Source: a virus (taxonomy: Duplodnaviria; Caudoviricetes). From it: a stretch of DNA of 56,668 nucleotides. How positions within the stretch are numbered: position 1 is the stretch's first letter; the number at the start of each line of letters is the position of its first letter. The translations under genes and the position numbers were made by a program. Under the pieces are notes generated by a model. That model did no database searches and had not been told where the DNA came from. It saw only the letters and a program-made list of their open reading frames with translations. The DNA lies in IMG/VR virus record IMGVR_UViG_3300030329_005304, positions 1 through 56,668 of that record. The stretch is one strand, 5' to 3'. Shown here in pieces: positions 1 through 7,911 of the stretch.

Positions 1-98
1 TCCACTCCCGCAACTCGATACGCTCCCTGCAAAGGGAGCAGGTTGCGTAGGCATCAGGGGCGATGAGCTCGCGGACTGCGGAGTCTATGTCGAAGGAC
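1..98. repeat. Terminal direct repeat, copy 1 (circular overlap)
   Basis: Bases 1-98 are identical to 56570-56667; the last base (56668) differs from base 99. Confidence 0.95.
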
Positions 99-616
99 TC
101 GTCGTCCGGATTGTCATGCCGCCACAAGACGCCCTTGTCCGCCTCTTCGGGGTACTCCGAGAGCTTCTGGCGGAAGGCCTCGGGCCCGGACTCAGGCACC
201 GCGGACTCGGCCCAGGAAGCCCCACTCTCGATGCTGGGAGCGCCCAGACCTCCGGTCAGTGCGTAGACCTTGCCCTCTTCCGGCTTGTCGGGCTCCGGCT
301 CGATGACTCTCCACCTGATGTTTTCCGGCTCGATGACGTTCTCGCGGCCGTCGTAGTTGCGGATGATGTAGCGGTCACCGTCCAGCGGAATGGCCTTGAG
401 GCTGGAGTGGCGAGCACTCGCTGCCCGTCCAAGCTCCGTCACGATCCGAACGAGTCGTGGGTCGTGCCTTTCAATCTCGAAGTCGTTCTCGGGATTGTCG
501 TCGTCGAGGCGTACCCCGTAACAATCCACGTCGATGCCCAACTCCAGGAGCCTACGCAACGCCTCATCGCTGAGCGCGAACCCGCCAAAGCATGTATTAA
601 CAACTACCGAGGCCAT
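1..616 (-). CDS. Conserved phage hypothetical protein, 5' part (241 aa in total; spans the junction, stop at 56460)
   Basis: ATG at 616 after SD GGAAGGAG; MASVVVNTCFGGFALS...RHDPRLVRIVTELG...NYDGRE resembles a common phage family; frame stays open across the overlap. Not in the ORF track. Confidence 0.8.
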   Translation of the reverse strand, partial: MASVVVNTCFGGFALSDEALRRLLELGIDVDCYGVRLDDDNPENDFEIERHDPRLVRIVTELGRAASARHSSLKAIPLDGDRYIIRNYDGRENVIEPENIRWRVIEPEPDKPEEGKVYALTGGLGAPSIESGASWAESAVPESGPEAFRQKLSEYPEEADKGVLWRHDNPDDESFDIDSAVRELIAPDAYATCSLCRERIELREW

Positions 617-630
617 CTCTCTCTCCTTCC

Positions 631-646
631 TGACCACATGTGGTCA
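631..646. promoter_or_regulatory. Palindrome A TGACCACATGTGGTCA
   Basis: Perfect palindrome abutting the SD of the gene starting at 616. Confidence 0.8.
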
Positions 647-660
647 ACCCAATGTTGGGT
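647..660. promoter_or_regulatory. Palindrome B ACCCAATGTTGGGT
   Basis: Directly adjacent to palindrome A; motif recurs elsewhere in the early arm. Confidence 0.6.
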
Positions 661-729
661 AGTTGGTTCCCAATGAACACAGTTGGACACGCGACCTAGC
701 GGGACCAGGCCGCGTGTCCTCAGTGGCCG

Positions 730-975
730 CTAGGAGTCGCGGGTTGGGTGAGCCTCAGAGAGGATGACCCCGCCCATGATGCGCTGAAGCTCCGCACGTC
801 CGACGCGCTTCCCGATGAAGCCGGGGCCCTCGCCGGAGAGGACGAACCTGGAGAGGAACTCCTCGGCCGTCTCGCTCTTGCGCTGACTCATGTGGGAGAG
901 AGAGGGCATCCGCTCGGGAGCCTCCCCGATGATGCTGAGTCCCTGCGTGAGTGCTTCTTCGTAAGTAAGTGGCAT
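730..975 (-). CDS. Hypothetical early protein (81 aa)
   Basis: GGAGG SD before ATG 975 (MPLTYEEAL). Confidence 0.65.
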   Translation of the reverse strand: MPLTYEEALTQGLSIIGEAPERMPSLSHMSQRKSETAEEFLSRFVLSGEGPGFIGKRVGRAELQRIMGGVILSEAHPTRDS

Positions 976-1082
976 CTCTACCTCCGTGCCCTTTCGGGCG
1001 GTTGTCTCCGCGTGGTGTGCGGAGGGTTTTCCAATGAGCGCAATCGGTCGCCCCGCAGAAGGCCGGACGACCTCAGCGATCA

Positions 1083-1346
1083 CTAGACGACGGCCACCTC
1101 CTCGCTCAGCTGGAGGGTGTAGCCGCTCGCCTGGAGGCGACTCACCTCCGGGTCGTTCTGCCCGGTGTAGACGGCCTTGATCGTGATCGAACCCTCGCCG
1201 CTCGGCTCGGACTCGACGACGACCTTCGCCCCGCTGGGCTTGAACCCCAGCGAGAGCAGCCCGTCAGCCAGCCCCTTGTTGCGAAGGCCGGGGCCCTCCT
1301 GTCCTTCCCGCTGAAAGCGGGGTCCACTGGTCTCTCTCTTTCTCAC
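1083..1346 (-). CDS. Hypothetical early protein
   Basis: GTG 1346 after GGAAGGAG SD and palindrome A. Confidence 0.6.
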   Translation of the reverse strand: MRKRETSGPRFQREGQEGPGLRNKGLADGLLSLGFKPSGAKVVVESEPSGEGSITIKAVYTGQNDPEVSRLQASGYTLQLSEEVAVV

Positions 1347-1360
1347 CTCTCTCTCCTTCC

Positions 1361-1376
1361 TGACCACGTGTGGTCA
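1361..1376. promoter_or_regulatory. Palindrome A TGACCACGTGTGGTCA
   Basis: Abuts an SD; palindrome B variant ACTACCCAACATCGGGTAGT lies at 1387-1406. Confidence 0.8.
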
Positions 1377-1413
1377 ATCTCAAGTGACTACCCAACATCG
1401 GGTAGTGGCTCGC

Positions 1414-1746
1414 TCAGCCCCACGACTGGAAGCCTGCGGCCTCTGCCTTCTCCAAAAGCTCGCGAGCCGAAGAGTCCCGACTCAGGAGCCAGCGGTCGAT
1501 CATCACGGTGCCGTCCAGCAGGATGCGGTACCTCCTGTCGGGGAAGTGCCCCTGAATGAAGAGCCCCGTGTAGGGGTTCTCGCCGTCGTCGGGTCCGCAG
1601 GGCCAGCGACCAGGCTCGCCCGCCCGAATGTCCGCGAGCCCCGCGAGCGCCTCGAGGAGCTGCTTGGGGAAGCTCCTCTCCATCCAGCGCCTAGGCTCCA
1701 ACAGGGCCAGCGCACGCCTCAGCTCATCCAAGCCGTGGATGTTCAT
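1414..1746 (-). CDS. Hypothetical early protein (110 aa)
   Basis: ATG 1746 (MNIHGLDEL) after GAGGAG SD and palindrome A. Confidence 0.7.
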   Translation of the reverse strand: MNIHGLDELRRALALLEPRRWMERSFPKQLLEALAGLADIRAGEPGRWPCGPDDGENPYTGLFIQGHFPDRRYRILLDGTVMIDRWLLSRDSSARELLEKAEAAGFQSWG

Positions 1747-1761
1747 CGTCTCTCTCCTCTC

Positions 1762-1877
1762 TGACCACATGTGGTCAAGCACGGATTGGCAGGAGCCATG
1801 CGTCGATTGACCACATGTGGTCAGCGTCCTGACCGGTTGACCACATGTGGTCAGTGCCGGCTGACCACATGTGGTCA
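1762..1877. repeat. Cluster of four palindrome A copies (1762, 1808, 1838, 1862)
   Basis: TGACCACATGTGGTCA x4 with 30-, 14- and 8-nt gaps. Confidence 0.9.
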
Positions 1878-2014
1878 GGGAGTCGCGCGAGAGGAGTGCA
1901 AGACGGACCACCCCGTACAGACGGACTTCCCCGAATAGCAGGCGGACCTCTCCTGGAAATTGGACCTCTCCGCGTGGAGCTTCCTCCTCCGGGGGGTCCT
2001 CACCCTCTCTCGCG

Positions 2015-2030
2015 TGACCACTCGTGGTCA
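2015..2030. promoter_or_regulatory. Palindrome A TGACCACTCGTGGTCA
   Basis: Precedes a purine-rich SD and GTG 2003 of a possible 42-aa ORF ending at 1875. Confidence 0.7.
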
Positions 2031-2117
2031 GCCTCCGGCGCGCTCCTCTGAGCCCGCGGTCCGGCGCCCCCACCGCGGGGGCGCCCCTGTCTCTGTCTGC
2101 GGTCCGTCGCGGGCCTC

Positions 2118-2357
2118 CTAAAAGGCGAGGTCGTCCCAGGGGTGTTCTCGGGTCGTGGGGGCCCACACCCTGCGACGAGTGTCGACGGACTTGTGGAAGT
2201 GGACCACAGGCGGCCCGCCGAACAGTCTCGCCGAGGCGCTCGCCGGATTGGGCATATCTGCCTCGACCGGGGCGCGCCTCGCCGCGACGTGGAACTCATT
2301 GATTCCTTGCTCGGCCAAAGACCGCATGACTTCTCTTGGAAGTGCCTGACTTTCCAT
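2118..2357 (-). CDS. Hypothetical early protein (79 aa)
   Basis: GAGGAG SD before ATG 2357 (MESQALPRE). Confidence 0.55.
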   Translation of the reverse strand: MESQALPREVMRSLAEQGINEFHVAARRAPVEADMPNPASASARLFGGPPVVHFHKSVDTRRRVWAPTTREHPWDDLAF

Positions 2358-2424
2358 GCTTCTCTCCTCGTCAAAGTGTCCGTCCAGATGGACGTCCACG
2401 GGTTCAGAGGAAGGCGTCGAAGAC

Positions 2425-2440
2425 TGACCACATGTGGTCA
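2425..2440. promoter_or_regulatory. Palindrome A TGACCACATGTGGTCA
   Basis: Intergenic perfect copy. Confidence 0.75.
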
Positions 2441-2550
2441 ATCAACGCACGGACACCCGAAGCTCGTGGTTCGTGTGGTTCCTGTGCAAGGGGCGGGTAC
2501 GCCTCCCCGCCCCCCCGGAAGGGGGACGGGGTTGCGTACGCCTCAGAGAC

Positions 2551-3522
2551 CTAGACGGCCTCCTCCATCGCCTCGGCGGCCGGCGGAGTCGCGGCGCTCT
2601 CAGCCTCCTGCAGAAGCCGGAGACCGGCGAGGATCGCATTCCAGCGGTCGACCGGGTCGGTCACGCCCATGTCGGCGAGAAGCAGGCTGACAGCAATCTT
2701 GGCCTTGCTGACCTCCGGGTCCTCCTCGACGGTGGCGTTCTCGTCGCTCGCCTCGGCAGCCTCAGCCGCGGCCTTGTCGGCCTTGGCCTTCGCGGCCTCG
2801 CTGCGCTTCTTCCTGTCCTCTTCCATGGCCGTCGCGTAGCGATCGGCGGATTCGCCGATCCCGAGCGACTTCCCGTCCTCAGAGAAGAAGGTTTCAGCGC
2901 TGATCCGACTGCGGTAGGAGCTGAAAGCCTTGCATCCCTCGACGATGGCCGGGTCAGAAGGATCCGACGCATCGAAGAAGGCGGAGACGTGACCATTGAT
3001 CCGAACGACCTGACAGTCGATCAGAGTCAGGGCCGTGCTGTCAGCCTCCTTCAGCGACCGCGGGACACCGTTCCTCAGACCCTTGGAGGGAGAGAGGCCG
3101 ACGCTGCGGCGCTGCGCGAGACAGGCGAGACCCTTCAGGGTCGCCTGTACCCGGGAGAGGCTCAGGTTGGCCTTCTTGCTGCAAGCCATCTTCAGGATAC
3201 GAGTATCCATGCAGACGACAGCATGCGAGACGCCATCCACGACCGTAGCGCCAGCCTCGTTCGTGGCGACGCAACGGAACCAGACCGGACGCGCGTCGGA
3301 ACCCTTCACGTTCTCACAGGTCATCATGACGGTGACCGGGGGAAGCGCGGGGTGACCGGCGTCGATGACCTTGCCATCCGCGTCGAGAGTCGCGGGGACG
3401 GCCTCCGTCCCGGCACTGCTGGGAAGCAGCGCGCGAAGGTGGGCGGTCATCATTTCGTTCAGCTCCTCGGGTCCCGTGAGAGAAGCGAAGAGAGCGAGAG
3501 CGTTTGCAAACATTGCGGACAT
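2551..3522 (-). CDS. Hypothetical early protein (323 aa), Ala/Glu-rich C-terminus
   Basis: AAGGAGG SD before ATG 3522; long ORF with typical high-GC codon usage. Confidence 0.8.
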   Translation of the reverse strand: MSAMFANALALFASLTGPEELNEMMTAHLRALLPSSAGTEAVPATLDADGKVIDAGHPALPPVTVMMTCENVKGSDARPVWFRCVATNEAGATVVDGVSHAVVCMDTRILKMACSKKANLSLSRVQATLKGLACLAQRRSVGLSPSKGLRNGVPRSLKEADSTALTLIDCQVVRINGHVSAFFDASDPSDPAIVEGCKAFSSYRSRISAETFFSEDGKSLGIGESADRYATAMEEDRKKRSEAAKAKADKAAAEAAEASDENATVEEDPEVSKAKIAVSLLLADMGVTDPVDRWNAILAGLRLLQEAESAATPPAAEAMEEAV

Positions 3523-3533
3523 TTCTACCTCCT

Positions 3534-3549
3534 TGACCACACGTGGTCA
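3534..3549. promoter_or_regulatory. Palindrome A TGACCACACGTGGTCA
   Basis: Abuts AAGGAGG SD of gene 3522. Confidence 0.8.
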
Positions 3550-3639
3550 GAGCTGGGTCGCCCGACTGAAAGCCGGGAGTCAGAATGTCCGTGTACACCC
3601 ATTGCACACGGATACCTGATTCAGACCGCCGACCGCCGG

Positions 3640-3951
3640 TTAGTTCGGTGGTGGGGTGTAGTGCCCTTCGAAGCCGTTCGTGGATCGAAGGGGCCGCTGT
3701 CGTCGCCTATCGGTCTTTGCAGGGGCGAGGCGAGAGAGGGACGGTGTGTCCTTCTTAGCCTTGCGCTTGCTGTGTTGTGCGTTGCACTCTCGTGTGTGTT
3801 GATTGCACGCGAGAGAGTCGTGCTCCGCTTGCTCGGCAAGGGTCGGTCCAATCTTCGCGCTACCCTCTCGTCGAGAGGCGCTCCGCTCAGCCCGGCCTCG
3901 CTGTCGCTTCAGTCGCTGCTTTTCGCGTCGTCGGTTGGATCGTTCGGGCAT
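3640..3951 (-). CDS. Arg-rich basic hypothetical protein
   Basis: AAAGGAGG SD; MPERSNRRREKQRLKRQRGR. Confidence 0.6.
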   Translation of the reverse strand: MPERSNRRREKQRLKRQRGRAERSASRREGSAKIGPTLAEQAEHDSLACNQHTRECNAQHSKRKAKKDTPSLSRLAPAKTDRRRQRPLRSTNGFEGHYTPPPN

Positions 3952-3959
3952 GATGCCCT

Positions 3960-4377
3960 CCTTTCGAGTCGCGACCGGCAGCCTGAATCAGGCATCCGTG
4001 CTTACACCACTAAGTCCTCTTGGGTTCGCCCATGACTCTCTAGGTCATGGGGTCCTCGGCTCGCCCCTGACCACACGTGGTCAGGGGGTCGTCGCTCGCT
4101 TCCGCCTTGGCTCCCCTTGCCGTGCATGCAACTTGACATCCCGGTTTCCCAGACTGTCCGCGGATGTGACGCGCCGGACTACATCATCCGACGAGGGCAT
4201 CCCCTTTCTGCAGAGGCCCGCAGGGTCCTATGCTTTGACAGGACTCCGTGGCTAGTGTGCGGGGCGCCTCCCCCGCTGCGGACAAGTCCCGGCGCATAGT
4301 CCCGGACTCCAGACATAAGGGCCTGATTAGATGGCGCTCAGGCCGCGCTTGCTCATGACTCCTTCCATATTTGTTGT
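3960..4377 (-). ncRNA. Candidate structured 5' leader or ncRNA
   Basis: Many stems by eye (4029-4051, 4064-4087, 4136-4167, 4171/4295, 4225-4244, 4259-4276, 4320-4344); no convincing long CDS; contains palindrome A at 4068-4083. Confidence 0.4.
4327..4356 (-). CDS. Candidate leader micro-ORF MSKRGLSAI
   Basis: Strong SD GGAAGGAG just downstream of the predicted promoter. Confidence 0.35.
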   Translation of the reverse strand: MSKRGLSAI

Positions 4378-4383
4378 GAACCC

Positions 4384-4449
4384 AATGTAGTTCGATCGAT
4401 TGCACGGGGTCAACCCAAAAACTGCATAAAAACTGACCACACGTGGTCA
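4384..4449 (-). promoter_or_regulatory. Putative main early sigma70-type promoter with UP-like tract and palindrome A
   Basis: TTGACC (4413-4408), 18-nt spacer, TACATT (4389-4384); A/T tracts at about 4417-4432; palindrome at 4434-4449. Confidence 0.55.
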
Positions 4450-5031
4450 ATCGCTAGACGTAAGCCCTGTAAGGGGCGTTGTTTGTTTTGAACCAAATAA
4501 CAGGGGGACTGAACGGCGGCCTGGACGCATGACGTCGAGCCTATCGACCCCTAGGCAGGGGCCATGGGTTTGTGTCAAGGCCCCGGAATCACTGGGCTTT
4601 TGAGGGTTCCCCCTTTGCGCGCGCGGAATCGCAGTGACGCACGCAGCTCCGCGTATCGCAGTGACGCGCGTCTACACTAGTTGGTCTCGGCGCATGTGCC
4701 CGCCCCTGGGGGCGTCGGCGGGCGCCCGGGCCTGGGTGCGCACCCTGACCCACCCACCCGCATGTACGCACATGTTCTTCAATTGCCCTATTCACACATG
4801 GACAGTATGCGCGGCTTGTCAGCCAACCCATCCGAAGTGAACAAACGCAGAGGTACCCGGGGGGTTCTTGGCGGTACCTTGGGTACCTGGCCACTGGGCT
4901 CGTTAGCCAGGAGGGTTCCCTTATCCTTCCCCCCTTACCCCCCTTCCTTAACCCTCCGTACAGTGGCCCCCCTCCCTTCCCCCTTACAGGGTGTGTTTCC
5001 CTCCCCCCGCAGATCTGTGTATTTTCTGAGG

Positions 5032-5502
5032 ATGGCTATTCATTCGTTGAGGGAGCAGGTCAGCAAGAAGAGGTCGCGGAAGTGCGACTGTTGCGGCGGG
5101 AGGATTGAGGTGGGGGAGCCCTTCTGGGCGAGGAACAGCTCGGTGAGGGACTGGAGGGGGGAGAGGATGTACTCGTTCACCCAGACCCACCTGGGGTGCG
5201 AGAGGTTGGTGAATGAGATGGAGGAGGGGGTTGAGAAGGTTCGGAAGGGGATGAGTCTTCCGGGGTGGCTGCCAGGGAGTCTGGCCGGGAAGGGGGAGGG
5301 GATTCTTGAGGAGCTCGAGGGATGGGGGTGTTTCACGGAGGAGGAGAAGGAGGCCTTCGTGAAGATGTCTCGGAGGAAGAGCGGGAGGAAGGAAGTGGCC
5401 CGTGAGTATCGGTACTACGACCCCAGCACGAAGGAGAGGACCTGTTTCAAGGCCACCCTCGATGAGGTCGTTGATCTGATGCGGGGGGAGGTCACTCCGT
5501 GA
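5032..5502 (+). CDS. Putative Zn-binding protein (156 aa)
   Basis: KCDCCG...HLGC motif; first plus-strand gene. Confidence 0.65.
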   Translation: MAIHSLREQVSKKRSRKCDCCGGRIEVGEPFWARNSSVRDWRGERMYSFTQTHLGCERLVNEMEEGVEKVRKGMSLPGWLPGSLAGKGEGILEELEGWGCFTEEEKEAFVKMSRRKSGRKEVAREYRYYDPSTKERTCFKATLDEVVDLMRGEVTP

Positions 5503-5540
5503 CCCCCAGGGACTCGGAAGGATGGGAGTCCCTGGGGGTC
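5501..5540 (+). terminator. 15-bp perfect hairpin
   Basis: GACCCCCAGGGACTC / GAGTCCCTGGGGGTC right after the stop; no U-tract. Confidence 0.5.
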
Positions 5541-5655
5541 TGGGGGGCCGACCAGTGGGTGAGAGTCGGCGGAGTGTGTGGTTGGGAAGGTAACATCGGG
5601 GTGTTCCGGGGTCCAGTCCCTGGTGTAGGGTGACCCCATCCGAACGGAGGACCCT

Positions 5656-6015
5656 GTGGCCAAAATCCCATCACCAGTCAGCGACCTATATCCGGGCCTG
5701 GGTTCTCCGGTCGAGCCCATGTTCGTCTCGAGCGATCCCCGCGAAAGGACGAAGAGGAGAAACCTTCCCGTCATTCCCGAGGGTCCCGGCATCACCGGGA
5801 TGACTGTGGACGACCTTTTCCGTCGAACGGAGGCATCGGTCCCTGCGGAGGGTCCGATGTTGGATGACGTCTATGCCGGCGAGCTCCGTCGAGGATTCGC
5901 TCCTCCCGAGGGGCTGGACGTTGTCTCCGGCCTCGAGATGGAGAGGGCCAGGCTGGAGGAAGAGGCCAGGGCCCAGAACGCCATTCGGATCCTCAGAGAA
6001 CTCCTGTCGAGGTAG
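5656..6015 (+). CDS. Hypothetical protein, first of the putative cargo-gene cluster
   Basis: GGAGG SD, GTG start; helical charged C-terminus. Confidence 0.7.
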   Translation: MAKIPSPVSDLYPGLGSPVEPMFVSSDPRERTKRRNLPVIPEGPGITGMTVDDLFRRTEASVPAEGPMLDDVYAGELRRGFAPPEGLDVVSGLEMERARLEEEARAQNAIRILRELLSR

Positions 6016-6017
6016 AT

Positions 6018-6584
6018 ATGCCTGAAGGAATCGTTTCCCAAGAACTCGCTCAGCGACTGGCTGCTGAACTCAGGGCTCGAGATGAAGCCGAGGCAAGGAG
6101 CCGCACGGGCGGTGCCTGGAACACGGCCTCCCGCCTTCATCGTGAGCCGACGCTGAACGTGGACTATGGTCCGCCGCCACCTCGGATGCAGTTTCGCTCC
6201 GTTGACGACTACGGTCCTCCGCAAAGGAGGTGGAGGGTACCCGAGGAGGGGCGTAGAGCTGCGTATAGTGAGACGTATCCGACAGCCATGAGAATTCCAG
6301 AAAACCTGGAGGAGGTCTCCAGGAGGGCTTCAGAGTTCCCCACTCCATGGAAAGCATATCGCGCCAGGCGTCCAGTCCATGACGAGGCGCTCGACTACGC
6401 CCATCCGACACTTCCGCCCGTCCGACAGCGCTGGGGGCGCGAAGACGCCATTAGAGATGCGGTTGACCTCGACTTGGCTGAGGCCCAGCGACAAAGAGCC
6501 CTCCTTCAGCAGTTCGGCACTCCTGAGCAGCGAGCCGAAGACATCATCTCTCTCGAGGCCCTCAGAAGGGCCATGGGAAGGTAG
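6018..6584 (+). CDS. Hypothetical protein with N-terminus related to the two following genes
   Basis: MPEGIVSQELAQRLAAEL versus MPDPIVSPEAVRRALEL. Confidence 0.75.
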   Translation: MPEGIVSQELAQRLAAELRARDEAEARSRTGGAWNTASRLHREPTLNVDYGPPPPRMQFRSVDDYGPPQRRWRVPEEGRRAAYSETYPTAMRIPENLEEVSRRASEFPTPWKAYRARRPVHDEALDYAHPTLPPVRQRWGREDAIRDAVDLDLAEAQRQRALLQQFGTPEQRAEDIISLEALRRAMGR

Positions 6585-6586
6585 AT

Positions 6587-7909
6587 GTGCCCGATCCAAT
6601 CGTCAGTCCAGAAGCAGTCCGTCGTGCTCTTGAGCTCGAGGCGCTGGCCGATAGGGTCGGTGGAATCACAGCGGGACCAACCGGACGGAGGTACCCCGAG
6701 GGTGCCCTGACTGGCGGGAAGGTTCGTCTGAGCGCTCCCCAGGAGGACTACGCTGGGCTGGCCGGGCGAGCGTTCCAGGCTGGGACTATCGGCGGGACCG
6801 TGGGGCTGGGTGGCGTTCGAGGTGGGATGGCAGTACCCCCGTCCCCTGAGCCGATGGTCCCCCTTACGGAGATCGACCTTGGTGGCGGCAGGAAAGTTAC
6901 TGTCGGAGGTCGGACGTATGCTGATCTTGCCAACACTATGAGTGTGGAGGATGTGTCCCCAGGAAGGGTCGGCGTCGACCTGAATGTCCGGACCTCGCCG
7001 GAGAATATGCCGCGATGGCTTCACCAGCCCTGGGCCTCAGATGTCGTGAGTGGCAAAAAGCCATTCCCGGAGGAGGGGGTGGAGGAGGCCCTGAACGTCA
7101 TCAGGCTGGCGGCCGACCCTGAGCACCTTAGGGTTGTTGGTAGCAGTCTGCCCCCTGGTAGCGGCATTGCCCGCGGCCAGGAGACGGGGTTCACTGCGTA
7201 CCTCAGAGCTCTGCAGGAGGCCCAGAAGAGGGGCCTTGGGTTCATGTCCGACACAAGCCTCAACTCTATGTCTAGGCGCGTCTACGAGAAGCTTCGGGAA
7301 AAGGGTGTCCCGTTTGCGGACATTAACAACCCAGAGGCGGATTTCGACCCACGGGAGATTCTATACGAAATCGACCCAGTTACTGGCGAGAGGGTTGTCT
7401 ATTTCGACCCCCGAAGCGATGACTTCTTTGAACTCCCTGAGGAAAGGCTGCCTAGGTTTGGGATCTCAGCCGAGGAGTTGGGGAAGGTTGACCTAGACAA
7501 GATCATGACCTCAGGAGGCCCGACCTCCACAGCCCACGCGGCGGAACGAGCCGCCAGGCCGTCCCGTCTTGGATCTGCCCTAAAGACTGGAGGCAAGGCC
7601 CTACTGAACCCTGTGGGCATAGTGGCAGATGCCGTTCTTGGCGGGGCCGTCGGCGCAGGCTCTGCAGTTGCAGGGCACAGGTCAGCCGCACCTGCGTCTG
7701 CTGGCCTCCTGTCCCTTCCAGGCGAGGGCTACGAGGGCTTGGTTCGCCCTGACGACATAGTTCGGGCGGCGGAAGCCATGGAGGCTGACCGGGAGGCCCT
7801 CAGGCAACAAAGGCTTCGAGAGGTCTACGACAGATACGGGTTTGGTTATGTGCCGTATACTGCACGCCTCGACGAACTCAACGAGATTCTTGGCGGACCA
7901 CTGAGGTAA
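6587..7909 (+). CDS. Modular protein with central GNAT-like acetyltransferase domain (paralogue 1)
   Basis: ARGQETGFTAYLRALQEAQKRGLGFMSDTSLNSMSRRVYEKL resembles GNAT motifs A/B; termini shared with 7912..9321. Confidence 0.7.
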   Translation: MPDPIVSPEAVRRALELEALADRVGGITAGPTGRRYPEGALTGGKVRLSAPQEDYAGLAGRAFQAGTIGGTVGLGGVRGGMAVPPSPEPMVPLTEIDLGGGRKVTVGGRTYADLANTMSVEDVSPGRVGVDLNVRTSPENMPRWLHQPWASDVVSGKKPFPEEGVEEALNVIRLAADPEHLRVVGSSLPPGSGIARGQETGFTAYLRALQEAQKRGLGFMSDTSLNSMSRRVYEKLREKGVPFADINNPEADFDPREILYEIDPVTGERVVYFDPRSDDFFELPEERLPRFGISAEELGKVDLDKIMTSGGPTSTAHAAERAARPSRLGSALKTGGKALLNPVGIVADAVLGGAVGAGSAVAGHRSAAPASAGLLSLPGEGYEGLVRPDDIVRAAEAMEADREALRQQRLREVYDRYGFGYVPYTARLDELNEILGGPLR

Positions 7910-7911
7910 CC

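Noticed and set aside
1-98. Biological direct terminal repeat
   Set aside because: Length resembles an assembler k-mer overlap and it interrupts a gene.
1762-1877. CRISPR mini-array
   Set aside because: The repeat is only 16 bp, gaps are irregular (30/14/8 nt), and the same motif is dispersed before genes. The Cas4-like gene sits in a recombination operon.
2434-4035. 533-aa plus-strand ORF
   Set aside because: Antisense shadow of minus-strand genes that have good SDs; typical of high-GC codon usage.
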